64,000 nucleotides of DNA, taken from the NCBI GenBank assembly GCA_965220805.1, contig OZ244844.1, positions 3,527,262 to 3,591,261 on the forward strand, in the 5' to 3' direction. The notes beneath the pieces were generated by a model. The model saw only the letters and a program-made list of their open reading frames with translations. It had not been told where the DNA came from and made no database searches. The stretch's first letter is position 1, and each line of letters begins with the position of its first letter. A program made the translations under genes and the position numbers. The DNA is from Alphaproteobacteria bacterium. Its GTDB lineage: Bacteria; Pseudomonadota; Alphaproteobacteria; SP197. Below, piece by piece: positions 7,069-15,771 of the stretch.

Positions 7069-8232
7069 TCAATGCGTGTTATCAGTCGGTTGAGCCTGGT
7101 GAGGACGGAGCCGGCGTTGGCGAGCCAGGCGATCTGCCGGGCCCAGCGCCCGCCGCCCAGCCCTGAGTGGGGTGACCGAGGTCACCGCGCGCCACCTCTG
7201 ACCGAGAAACGCCGCTCTACGGGCTTCTATGGCGCTCTGTGGAGTGACGAACCGGTGATTGCCCGCCACCGGCGGTACACCGCCCGCATCTGCCGAAGGT
7301 GGGGTCACGACCCAGCCCGCGTCCGGGTGATCACCAGCGACCTCGGCCGGCAATGCGCGACCTGGTCGCCACGCACCGACTGCCTCGAGATAGGCCTCGG
7401 CCACGACCGGACTCCGGACCAGTTGCAGAAAGTGCGACGCCTGTGGCACGAAATCGTAGTCAACAGCCGACGCATGACTCAGGTCGAAGGTAGGAAGATA
7501 CGCGTAAGGCAGTGTCGGATCGGCGCCGATGACCTTCGTCGGGCAGATCAGTGTCGACAGGTCCAGCAAGGGCGAGAAGCTCCTCACATACTCCGCGATC
7601 TGGGCTTCGTAATCGCGAGGACAGCACAGTTCGTAACCATCTCCCTCGGCGCTCTTGCGAAGGGTCGATTGGGCCATGAGATCGCGCACGCCCGACACGA
7701 CGCGGGCGAACCCGGGAATGATCGCCAGGACTTCTGCGTACTGCTGACGGGATGTGAATCGCTCCGTCCGGCGCCGGGTCATGACGGCCGTCCGTTCCGC
7801 TGCCTCGATGAACTCCAGTTCGCTGGCAGCGGGTTTGCAGAGCGGCGGATCGAACAGAACCAACGCGGAATAGGCATCATTGAATGACAGCAGGGCGACA
7901 AGTGTCGACAGTGAATGAAACACGCCGATCGTCGTCTTTTCGCCGTACTCCCGAACGATGGCATCGAGAATGATGTCATGGTCGAAGATCAGTGTCGGAA
8001 TGTTGTGATCCCGCTGGACACCGACCGCGTTCCAGCCGTGATTCCTGAGATCGTAGACCATCAAGTCGAAGTCATTGGCGAGCAATGACCAGAATGGATA
8101 GTAGAGGTCGGCTGCCAGACCGTTGCCGTGGGTCAGAACGAGCCTCGGGCCGGACGGATTGCCATGCCGCCGCACCGTTGTCGCGGTGTTCTCGTCGAGC
8201 CGCACGTGGCAAGAGGCTCGGGTATCGTCCAC
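7069..8232 (-). CDS. Alpha/beta-fold hydrolase, paralogue 2 (start shifted, C-terminus replaced; functional status uncertain)
   Basis: Identical to paralogue 1 at 245 of 252 core residues. A 7-nt indel puts the ancestral ATGs (8249, 8234) out of frame. In-frame candidate starts are GTG 8232 or ATG 8376. Homology stops right after HFLQL and a 117-codon unrelated tail follows. Confidence 0.55.
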   Translation of the reverse strand: MDDTRASCHVRLDENTATTVRRHGNPSGPRLVLTHGNGLAADLYYPFWSLLANDFDLMVYDLRNHGWNAVGVQRDHNIPTLIFDHDIILDAIVREYGEKTTIGVFHSLSTLVALLSFNDAYSALVLFDPPLCKPAASELEFIEAAERTAVMTRRRTERFTSRQQYAEVLAIIPGFARVVSGVRDLMAQSTLRKSAEGDGYELCCPRDYEAQIAEYVRSFSPLLDLSTLICPTKVIGADPTLPYAYLPTFDLSHASAVDYDFVPQASHFLQLVRSPVVAEAYLEAVGAWRPGRALPAEVAGDHPDAGWVVTPPSADAGGVPPVAGNHRFVTPQSAIEARRAAFLGQRWRAVTSVTPLRAGRRALGPADRLARQRRLRPHQAQPTDNTH

Positions 8233-8540
8233 ATCGTTGCTTCCGTCATGGCGCTTGTGTCCGGTTTCCACCCGATGCGGTGCCTGGAACGGAACACGGC
8301 ATAGAGTCAATCGTCGCCCACGTCTCCGCAATGTTGACGGAAAATGATCGCAGGAACCAGTGGGACGGTTGTCCACTGCTGCGTGGTGGTCCCTGCGTGT
8401 CCTGGAAATCCGGGGGATCTTCCTCTCATTGGTCGTCAGGGCAATGTTCCACAGTTTGCGCCCTTATGCCACTCACACGACAGACGCCTCCTCCCCTGCC
8501 ACCTTCGGGTGTCCGTCCCCTAGCCCTTTCAAGTGGGTGC
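7419..8540. repeat. Direct repeat copy B
   Basis: See copy A; same orientation. Confidence 0.9.
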
Positions 8541-8765
8541 GATGTCCCTTGTCTGCGTCGGAATGGCCATGCGTCCAGGCCGACTCTGAACACCATCCAA
8601 TCCCTGCCGCAACGGTCCCTTCCCGTTTCGGAAGGCAGCGCGCCCGGCGGGGCGGAAGGTTCCGTTCTCGGATGAGCAACCTCCTCGGCACCGTGGTTCC
8701 CCTGATCCCGGGTATGGTAAAACGATCTCACGGCACAACGGGTTTCCCGGGAGAGGGATGACATC

Positions 8766-10100
8766 ATGGACGACAGTCTCACGCAGTCCCTTCAGGACCT
8801 CGACCGGCATCACCACCTGCATCCCTTTACCGACGCTCGCGTCTTCAATGACGCTGGCGTGCGTGTCATCACGGGAGCTGAGGGAGTCTACCTGACGACC
8901 TCGCGCGGTCACCGCGTTCTCGATGGCATGGCGGGGCTTTGGTGCGTCAACATCGGCTATGGACGCCGAGAACTTGCCCGGGCAGCCCATGATCAGCTCC
9001 TCTCCCTGCCCTACTACAACACCTTCTTCCAGACATCGACCGTGCCCACCACCCGCCTCGCCGGACGCCTCGCGGAGGTCACACCGGAGGGTTTCAACCA
9101 CGTCTTCTTCGCCAATTCCGGGTCGGAAGCAAACGACACGGCGGCAAAGATGGTGCGCTGGTACTGGAACACCAGGGGGCAGCCATCCCGAAAGACCATC
9201 ATTTCCCGCCGCCACGCCTACCATGGTGTCACCCTGGCGGCGGCGAGCATGTGCGGACTTGAGGAGATGCACCCGCAGTTCGACCTGCCTCTTCCCGGCT
9301 TCATCCACGCGGACTGTCCATACTGGTACCGCTATGGGCGCGGGATGGACCCGGATGACTTCGGCATCGCCGCAGCACGCTCCGTCGAACGGCTGATCAT
9401 TGAGAGCGGGCCGGAGAACATCGGCGCGTTCATCGGCGAACCGGTCATGGGGGCCGGCGGGGTCATCGTGCCTCCGGCGAGCTATTGGCCGGAGATCATG
9501 AGAATCTGCCGTGAATACGGCATCCTCGTCATTGCCGATGAAGTGATCTGCGGATTTGGTCGGACCGGCGAATGGTTCGGCAGCGACACCTTCGGCATCG
9601 AACCCGACATCATGACCGTCGCCAAGGGACTCTCGTCAGGCTATCAGCCCATCAGCGGCATCCTCGTGCACGACCGGATTGCCGGCGTGATGGTCGAAGA
9701 GGGCGGGGAGTTTCAGCATGGATTCACGTGGTCGGGTCATCCCGTTGCCGCCGCCGTGGCGCTGGAGAACATCGACATCCTGCAGCGCGAATCCATCATC
9801 GAGACATGCCGGTCCGTGACCGCACCCCACATGCAGCAGCGACTGCGGGATCTCGCCGATCAACCTCTCGTCGGCGAGGTGCGCGGAGTGGGCATGATGG
9901 CAGCGGTGGAACTCTCGGGCGAAGGGGGCACCGCTGCCAGGGTTCGCGAAGAGGCGTGGAAGCGCGGTATTCTCGTTCGCGCCACCGGCGAATCCCTCAT
10001 CCTGTCGCCACCCCTCATCATCACCGCTGACGAGATCGACACGCTGGCAGATACGCTCCTCGCGGCACTCGCCGCCATCGCTTCGCAGCCCGCGGCATGA
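8766..10100 (+). CDS. Class-III (omega) aminotransferase, PLP-dependent
   Basis: HHLHPFTD, GLWCVNIGYGR, FFANSGSEANDTA and DEVICGFGRTG motifs; 444 aa, typical of beta-alanine/putrescine-pyruvate transaminases. Confidence 0.9.
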   Translation: MDDSLTQSLQDLDRHHHLHPFTDARVFNDAGVRVITGAEGVYLTTSRGHRVLDGMAGLWCVNIGYGRRELARAAHDQLLSLPYYNTFFQTSTVPTTRLAGRLAEVTPEGFNHVFFANSGSEANDTAAKMVRWYWNTRGQPSRKTIISRRHAYHGVTLAAASMCGLEEMHPQFDLPLPGFIHADCPYWYRYGRGMDPDDFGIAAARSVERLIIESGPENIGAFIGEPVMGAGGVIVPPASYWPEIMRICREYGILVIADEVICGFGRTGEWFGSDTFGIEPDIMTVAKGLSSGYQPISGILVHDRIAGVMVEEGGEFQHGFTWSGHPVAAAVALENIDILQRESIIETCRSVTAPHMQQRLRDLADQPLVGEVRGVGMMAAVELSGEGGTAARVREEAWKRGILVRATGESLILSPPLIITADEIDTLADTLLAALAAIASQPAA

Positions 10101-10111
10101 GGCTCTGACCC

Positions 10112-10657
10112 ATGATCGGACGCTTTGCGGCAAGGCTGGGACACCGCCTCCCGGGACACATGGTCGCCGGAACGATCCTGACGATTGTGGGAGCCTGGTT
10201 CTTCTACCAACCGTTGCGTCACGACTACCCCATGACAGACGACCTCGTCGCAGTCGAGGCGGGTGTCGCGGACGCTGTCGAAATCCGCAAGCGGCGCGGC
10301 GCCGTCATCCGGTTCCTCGTTCCCGATCCCATCGAACTACAGGCAGTTCTCGAAGGAGACGGGAAAGTCGTGCGTTATCGCAATGACCTTCCACACTATC
10401 GGGAGTTCAAGGAAACCCTGAAGTCAGGAACCCATGTCTTTCATCTGTGGATCGATGCTTCGAACCCCGACGATGCCACGCTTGTCTGGCAGTTCGACAG
10501 CGGAGGAACAACCCTGGTTACGGTTGATGATACCATCCAGGCGCTGAAAGAGGTCCGTGAACGGGAAATGTGGTTGCCTGGCGTCATCGCGATCTTCGGT
10601 CTCGCCATCATCACACTATCCCTGTGGCGTCGCATGTCGAAGGGCCCCCCGGCCTGA
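10112..10657 (+). CDS. Hypothetical two-TM membrane protein with a ~120-aa domain between the helices
   Basis: Hydrophobic helices near both termini. It begins 11 nt after the aminotransferase stop. No family was recognised. Confidence 0.55.
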   Translation: MIGRFAARLGHRLPGHMVAGTILTIVGAWFFYQPLRHDYPMTDDLVAVEAGVADAVEIRKRRGAVIRFLVPDPIELQAVLEGDGKVVRYRNDLPHYREFKETLKSGTHVFHLWIDASNPDDATLVWQFDSGGTTLVTVDDTIQALKEVREREMWLPGVIAIFGLAIITLSLWRRMSKGPPA

Positions 10658-10730
10658 GTCGTTGCGGCAGACTACGGGCGCACCGTCATCTCGAGAAAGG
10701 TCGAGCCCGTCGGGACCTCTCCGGTGCGTC

Positions 10731-12284
10731 TCAGGCCTGATTTCGCTTCATCATGGCACGCAGGTCGCTGAGGGCCCAGGCGCCAAGCTGGCGGGCTGTG
10801 ACCGCGTAGGTTACGAAGCCCAGTGTCACGAGAATCGCAAGGTAGGCGGCGAGATGGCCGCTGTCTGCGGACCACCACTCGTCGCGAGTGGTGTGTGCGG
10901 CTGCGAGGGCCGCTACCATTACCGCTGTGGCTGCAAGCATGCGGGGCAGACGTCGCTTGAGCCGATTGTCCGCGGCAAAGTGGCCCCGGCGTACCAGCAC
11001 CACATAGAGGATGATCGCGTTGATCCATGCCGCCGCGGCCGTCGCAAGGGCGATGCCGACATGGCCCAGGGACCAGACGAGGGCCAGCATGACGGCGAGG
11101 TTACTCAGCAAGCCGACCACAGCAATCCTCAACACGGTCCCGGGGTCCTTGCGCGCAAAGAAGGCAGGCACCAGAACCTTGACGAGCACATAGGCAGGCA
11201 ATCCGGCTGCGAAGGCCCTGAGAGCAGAGGCACTCGCCTCGCTGTCGGCGGCATTGAAGGCGCCGCGCTCAAAGAGCGTGGAAATTACCGGATGCGCAAT
11301 GACTACCAGGGCGGCGGCCGCCGGAAGGCACAGGATCATGACAAGTTCGATGGCGCGACTCTGGCTCTCATTGGCACCCGCCTCGTCACGGGCCTCGATC
11401 TGCCGGGAGAGCAGGGGAAGAAGTGCGCTGCCGACGGCAATGCCGACAATACCCAACGGCAACTGATTGACCCGGTCGGCGTAGTAGAGCCACGAAATGG
11501 CGCCGGTGGTCAGGAACGAGGCAACCCACAAATCGATGAGAAGGTTGATCTGCACCACGCCGGCGCCAAGGGCCGCTGGGACGAAACGCCGGAGGAGTTC
11601 CCTTACACCTGCAGTCAAGCGCGGCAGAAGGAGGCGCGGCACCATGCCGGCGCGCCTGACTGCATGGAGGACAAGCGCCAACTGCAGAATTCCACCGCAC
11701 GTCACACCCCACGAGACGGCCTTCCCCGCATGCACATCGTCGAGCACATGAATCAGGAGCGCAGCGCCGATGAGGCTCAAATTGAGCAGGATGGGCGCAG
11801 CGGCATAGGCGGCAAATCGCCCGGTCGAGTTGAGCATGCCGCCAAAAAGCGCCACCAGTGAGATGAGAAGAATGTAGGGAAAGGTGATGCGGGTGAGATC
11901 GACGGCCAGGTCGAATTTTCGGGGTTCGTCGACGAATCCGGGCGCCAGGACCGTGACCACCCACGGCATGGCCACCTCGAAGATTGCGACCAGCACGGCG
12001 AGAACCACGGCGAGAACTGCCAGGACCTCATCGGCCAGACGCCTCGCTGCCGCTTCGCCCTCGCCCTCCAGGCTTCGGGCAAAAAGAGGAATGAATACGG
12101 TGTTGAAGGCACCCTCCGCCAGAAGGCGGCGGAAGAAGTTGGGGAGCTTGAAGGCGACGAGGAAGGCGTCCGCCACCCAACCCGTCCCCAAGGCGGCGGC
12201 GAACAGCACGTCCCGCACGAATCCGAGAACCCTGCTCGCGGCTGTCAGTCCGCTGACGGTCAGGAAAGCCCTGGTGAGGTTCAT
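10731..12284 (-). CDS. murJ: Lipid II flippase MurJ (MviN)
   Basis: N-terminus MNLTRAFLTVSGLTAASRVLGFVRDVLFAAALG...FKLPNFFRRLLAEGAF is the canonical MurJ signature; 517 aa, polytopic. Confidence 0.9.
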   Translation of the reverse strand: MNLTRAFLTVSGLTAASRVLGFVRDVLFAAALGTGWVADAFLVAFKLPNFFRRLLAEGAFNTVFIPLFARSLEGEGEAAARRLADEVLAVLAVVLAVLVAIFEVAMPWVVTVLAPGFVDEPRKFDLAVDLTRITFPYILLISLVALFGGMLNSTGRFAAYAAAPILLNLSLIGAALLIHVLDDVHAGKAVSWGVTCGGILQLALVLHAVRRAGMVPRLLLPRLTAGVRELLRRFVPAALGAGVVQINLLIDLWVASFLTTGAISWLYYADRVNQLPLGIVGIAVGSALLPLLSRQIEARDEAGANESQSRAIELVMILCLPAAAALVVIAHPVISTLFERGAFNAADSEASASALRAFAAGLPAYVLVKVLVPAFFARKDPGTVLRIAVVGLLSNLAVMLALVWSLGHVGIALATAAAAWINAIILYVVLVRRGHFAADNRLKRRLPRMLAATAVMVAALAAAHTTRDEWWSADSGHLAAYLAILVTLGFVTYAVTARQLGAWALSDLRAMMKRNQA

Positions 12285-12417
12285 CCCCCTCTCACAGCGT
12301 CGCCGGAAAGCCCTTGATCACGCTCCACTCCACCAACGGAACGCCCATCTGCGGATGACAATGATCAGGAAAAATGGCGAACAGGTGTCCTGCCCGTCGG
12401 CGACCGGACAGTGACCG

Positions 12418-13251
12418 TCAGGGCGTGATGCCGCGCAGCCGTTCACTGCGGCGGCGCAGGAGCTCCATCACGATCATCAACAAGACCGATGTCATGATGA
12501 GCATGGTGGCGACCGCCATGATGGTTGGTGAAAGCAGTTCGCGGATGCCCGACCACATGCGCCTCGGGAGCGTGTGCTCTTCGGTGCTGGCAAGGAATAT
12601 CGCGATGACCAGTTCATCCCAGGACGTGATGAAGGCGAAGAGTGCGCCGGCCACCACGCCGGGGAGGATGAGAGGAAGGGTGATACGGAAGAAGACGCGC
12701 AAGGGGTCGCCCCCGAGACTCGCACCGGCCCGGATGAGATTGTAATCGAAGCCCGCCAGGGTGGCCGAAACGGTGATGACGACAAACGGCACACCGATTG
12801 TTGCGTGAGCGAACACAAGCCCGGCAAGCGTTCCGGTCAGTCCGAGCTTGGCATAGAAGTAGAACATGCCGGCCGCGGTGATGACGATCGGTACGACGAT
12901 GGGAGAGATGAGGACCGCGAGGATCGTGGTCTTCCCCGGATACTCGGCGCGATTGAGACCCAGTGCTGCCAGGGTTCCCAGCACCGTCGCCACCAGGGTC
13001 GCAAAGATGCCAACGATGATGCTGTTGTAAAGGCCCAGCAACCATTGCGGACTGTTGAAGAACTCTTCGTACCAGCGCAGCGAGTAACCTGGCATGGGGT
13101 ACGTAAAGTAGGGCTCGGAATTGAAGCTGAGCGGGATGATCACGATGATCGGTATGAACAGGAAAGCGAAGACCAGGCCGCAGATCACGCGAAACGCGAC
13201 GTACCAGATCCTGTCAAGTGTCGTGGCGTAGGACGGCATGGCCATGGTCAA
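12418..13251 (-). CDS. ABC transporter permease (PotC-like)
   Basis: Six-TM permease with an EAA-type loop (IRAGASLGGDPLRVFFRITLP). 4-nt overlap with the upstream permease. Confidence 0.85.
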   Translation of the reverse strand: MTMAMPSYATTLDRIWYVAFRVICGLVFAFLFIPIIVIIPLSFNSEPYFTYPMPGYSLRWYEEFFNSPQWLLGLYNSIIVGIFATLVATVLGTLAALGLNRAEYPGKTTILAVLISPIVVPIVITAAGMFYFYAKLGLTGTLAGLVFAHATIGVPFVVITVSATLAGFDYNLIRAGASLGGDPLRVFFRITLPLILPGVVAGALFAFITSWDELVIAIFLASTEEHTLPRRMWSGIRELLSPTIMAVATMLIMTSVLLMIVMELLRRRSERLRGITP

Positions 13252-14510
13252 TTCACCTTGAGCCGGTCAACACCGACGAAACGGTTGTAGATGAAGAACA
13301 TGACAAGAGTGAGCAGCAGCAACACGACGGACAGGGCCGCGCCAAGTCCCCAGTTGGCCGTACGCCCCATGTTCTGGACGATCCAGTAACTGGTCATCTG
13401 ATCGCCGGGCCCGCCAACCAGCGCCGGGGTGATGTAGTACCCCAGAGAAAGAATGAAGACGAGCAGTGTTCCCGCCGCCACTCCGGGCATGCATTGGGGA
13501 AAGTAGACCTTCAGGAAGGCCTTCCAGCCTGGCGCGCCGAGGGATGCCGCCGCCCGCATGTGCCAGGGGTTGATAGTCTTCATCACGCTGTACATGGGCA
13601 GCACCATGAACGGCAGGAGAATGTGCACCATTGCCACGTAGACACCGAACCGGTTGCGGATCAGTTCCTGTGGTTCGTTCCACAGGCCCATCCACAACGC
13701 CATGTCATTGATCAACCCCTCGTTCTGCAGCAGCACGAGCCACGAGGTCGTCCTCACCAGCAGTGATGTCCAGAACGGCAGAAGAACGAGAATCAGCAGC
13801 AGGTTGCTGATGCGTGTCGGCAATGTCGCCAGGAGATAGGCAATCGGCAGACCGAGCAGGAAGCACAGCAGGGTGACCGCGAAACTGATTTCGATGGTCC
13901 GCAGGAGAACGTCGACGTAGATGGCCCGGTCGGGTGAGACACTGACAATCTCGCGTTCCTTGTCGCGCTGCAGGTCGAGCGACCACAGGAGGTAGTAGTC
14001 GGTGTAGTAGTCAGAGGCGTTCTTGATGGCATACCAGTAGGCAGGGTCACTCCAGTCCTTGTCGATCCTGATGAAGCCATCGTGGATCTGATCGGGGGGA
14101 AGCAGCGCAAGCTCTTCGGACTTGCGGGCGGTCTTCTTGACCATCGACTTGAAGCCGCTGATGTCATAGTTGAGCCGCTTGGCCGCACGGCCGAACTGGC
14201 CGCGATCGGCGATGGAGAGTTCCTCGGCAAAGGTGGTCATGGCCTCCGGTGGAGGAAACCCCTCGCCATCCCACTCCTGGAACAGTTCTGCCGTACGCGG
14301 GAACCCTGACGTGAGATCCGGATCCTCGACGGAAAGTGACAGCAGGGAAATGATTGGCAGGATGAACCCGACCACGAGAAACACGAAGAGCGGTGCAACG
14401 AGAGCGATCGCCCAAACCTTGCGCATGCGCTCGGCGCGCCTGAGCTTGATCCTCAGCGGCACGCCGTCGGCGGTGCGCATCACCTCATGGCTGCCTGTGG
14501 TCGCCACCAT
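13248..14510 (-). CDS. ABC transporter permease (PotB-like) with a ~135-aa periplasmic insertion between TM1 and TM2
   Basis: Permease core (MRAAASLGAPGWKAFLKVYFPQ). At 420 aa it is about 130 aa longer than classical PotB, owing to a hydrophilic block after TM1. Confidence 0.85.
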   Translation of the reverse strand: MVATTGSHEVMRTADGVPLRIKLRRAERMRKVWAIALVAPLFVFLVVGFILPIISLLSLSVEDPDLTSGFPRTAELFQEWDGEGFPPPEAMTTFAEELSIADRGQFGRAAKRLNYDISGFKSMVKKTARKSEELALLPPDQIHDGFIRIDKDWSDPAYWYAIKNASDYYTDYYLLWSLDLQRDKEREIVSVSPDRAIYVDVLLRTIEISFAVTLLCFLLGLPIAYLLATLPTRISNLLLILVLLPFWTSLLVRTTSWLVLLQNEGLINDMALWMGLWNEPQELIRNRFGVYVAMVHILLPFMVLPMYSVMKTINPWHMRAAASLGAPGWKAFLKVYFPQCMPGVAAGTLLVFILSLGYYITPALVGGPGDQMTSYWIVQNMGRTANWGLGAALSVVLLLLTLVMFFIYNRFVGVDRLKVN

Positions 14511-14542
14511 GTCCTGCCGTCTCCGGACTGTCTGAAGAAACG

Positions 14543-14580
14543 ACAGGGATAACCGGGACGGTGACGTCCCGGTTATCCCT
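14543..14580 (-). terminator. Perfect 17-bp stem / 4-nt loop hairpin between the binding-protein and permease genes (intra-operon attenuator or mRNA stabiliser)
   Basis: CAGGGATAACCGGGACG-GTGA-CGTCCCGGTTATCCCTG read directly. It lies 13 nt after the SBP stop. Confidence 0.6.
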
Positions 14581-14592
14581 GAAACTTGAACG

Positions 14593-15666
14593 TTACTGCG
14601 AACGCCAGACCTGGAAGCGCTCGGTCAGCTCTTCTTCATGGTCAGCCCACCAGATGGTGTCCACCCACAGGGCATTTGCAAGATTGGCCGCTGAGGTCGG
14701 CAAGTGCTGCAGAATGTCCGGATTGATGAGTGCACCCGCCTCGGCGGTCGTCGGGCCGTACGAGATGTACTGGGACTGACGCGCCATGACTTCGGGACGG
14801 CTGGCATACTCGACGAACTTCATGGCGAGATCATACTCCGGATGCCCGGCTGGAATGACCCAGTGATCATAGTCGATGGTCTGTCCATCCCAGACGATGA
14901 CGAAGTTCTTTCCTTCCTTGACGACCGCATTGTAGATGCGTCCGTTCCAGGCGGTGGTCATGGCGACCTCGCCGTCAGAAAGAAGCTGCGGCGCCATGGC
15001 GCCGGTATCCCACCAGATGACCTCGTGCTTGATCGATTCAAGCTTGGCGAAAGCGCGGTCAAGCGCCTCTTCCTCGTTGTCGCGCAGGTAGGCATAGACC
15101 TCTTCAGCGGCAAGACCGTCAGCCATGAGTGCCATTTCGATCGACGCGGCCGGGCTGTTGGCATAGAGGCCACGCTTGCCCGGGAACGCCTCGAGATCGA
15201 AGAAGTCGGCGATCGTGGTCGGAACGTTGTCACCGGAATAGGCATCGCCATCGTAGGCATAGATGGTCGCCCAAGAGATTGTGCCCACTCCACAGTCGAG
15301 TGCCGCACCCGGGAAGAAGCGGTCCATGCCGCCGAGCGCATCCCAGTCGAGTTCTGCAAGAAGGCCCTCGTCACAACCGGCCATGGCGGTTCCCGATTCC
15401 GAGTCGATGACGTGCCACTTGTATTCGCCACTGTCGACCTGGACGCGGATCTCCGACAGGGTGCCACCCCACTCGTCCTCGAGGACGGTCATGTCGATTT
15501 CCTTGGCCGCAGGCTTGTAGTAGGCCTCGCGCTGGCTGGCGGAATAGGCGCCACCCCAGGAAGCCACGGTCACCGTGTCCTGGGCCAGGACGGCTGACGG
15601 AGCCTGCAGGCCCGCCAGCGCGGCACCGGCAAGGACCGCGGCTGAAACTCTCATTATTCCCTTCAT
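14593..15666 (-). CDS. Periplasmic solute-binding protein, PotD/PotF (polyamine-type) family
   Basis: Signal peptide MKGIMRVSAAVLAGAALAGLQAPSAVLA; family-1 SBP size; operon context. Confidence 0.8.
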   Translation of the reverse strand: MKGIMRVSAAVLAGAALAGLQAPSAVLAQDTVTVASWGGAYSASQREAYYKPAAKEIDMTVLEDEWGGTLSEIRVQVDSGEYKWHVIDSESGTAMAGCDEGLLAELDWDALGGMDRFFPGAALDCGVGTISWATIYAYDGDAYSGDNVPTTIADFFDLEAFPGKRGLYANSPAASIEMALMADGLAAEEVYAYLRDNEEEALDRAFAKLESIKHEVIWWDTGAMAPQLLSDGEVAMTTAWNGRIYNAVVKEGKNFVIVWDGQTIDYDHWVIPAGHPEYDLAMKFVEYASRPEVMARQSQYISYGPTTAEAGALINPDILQHLPTSAANLANALWVDTIWWADHEEELTERFQVWRSQ

Positions 15667-15771
15667 GATTGTCGTCTCCCTTTAAAGGACGTTGTTCATG
15701 TCTTGCACGGTCACGAAGACCCTGCTTCATGCGCCGCGTCACACGCGGCCTGAAGGATGCTTCCTGTCATG

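Noticed and set aside
3100-8540. Composite transposon or integrative element explaining the direct repeats
   Set aside because: No transposase, integrase, recombinase, inverted terminal repeats or target-site duplications were seen. The repeats are ordinary hydrolase genes.
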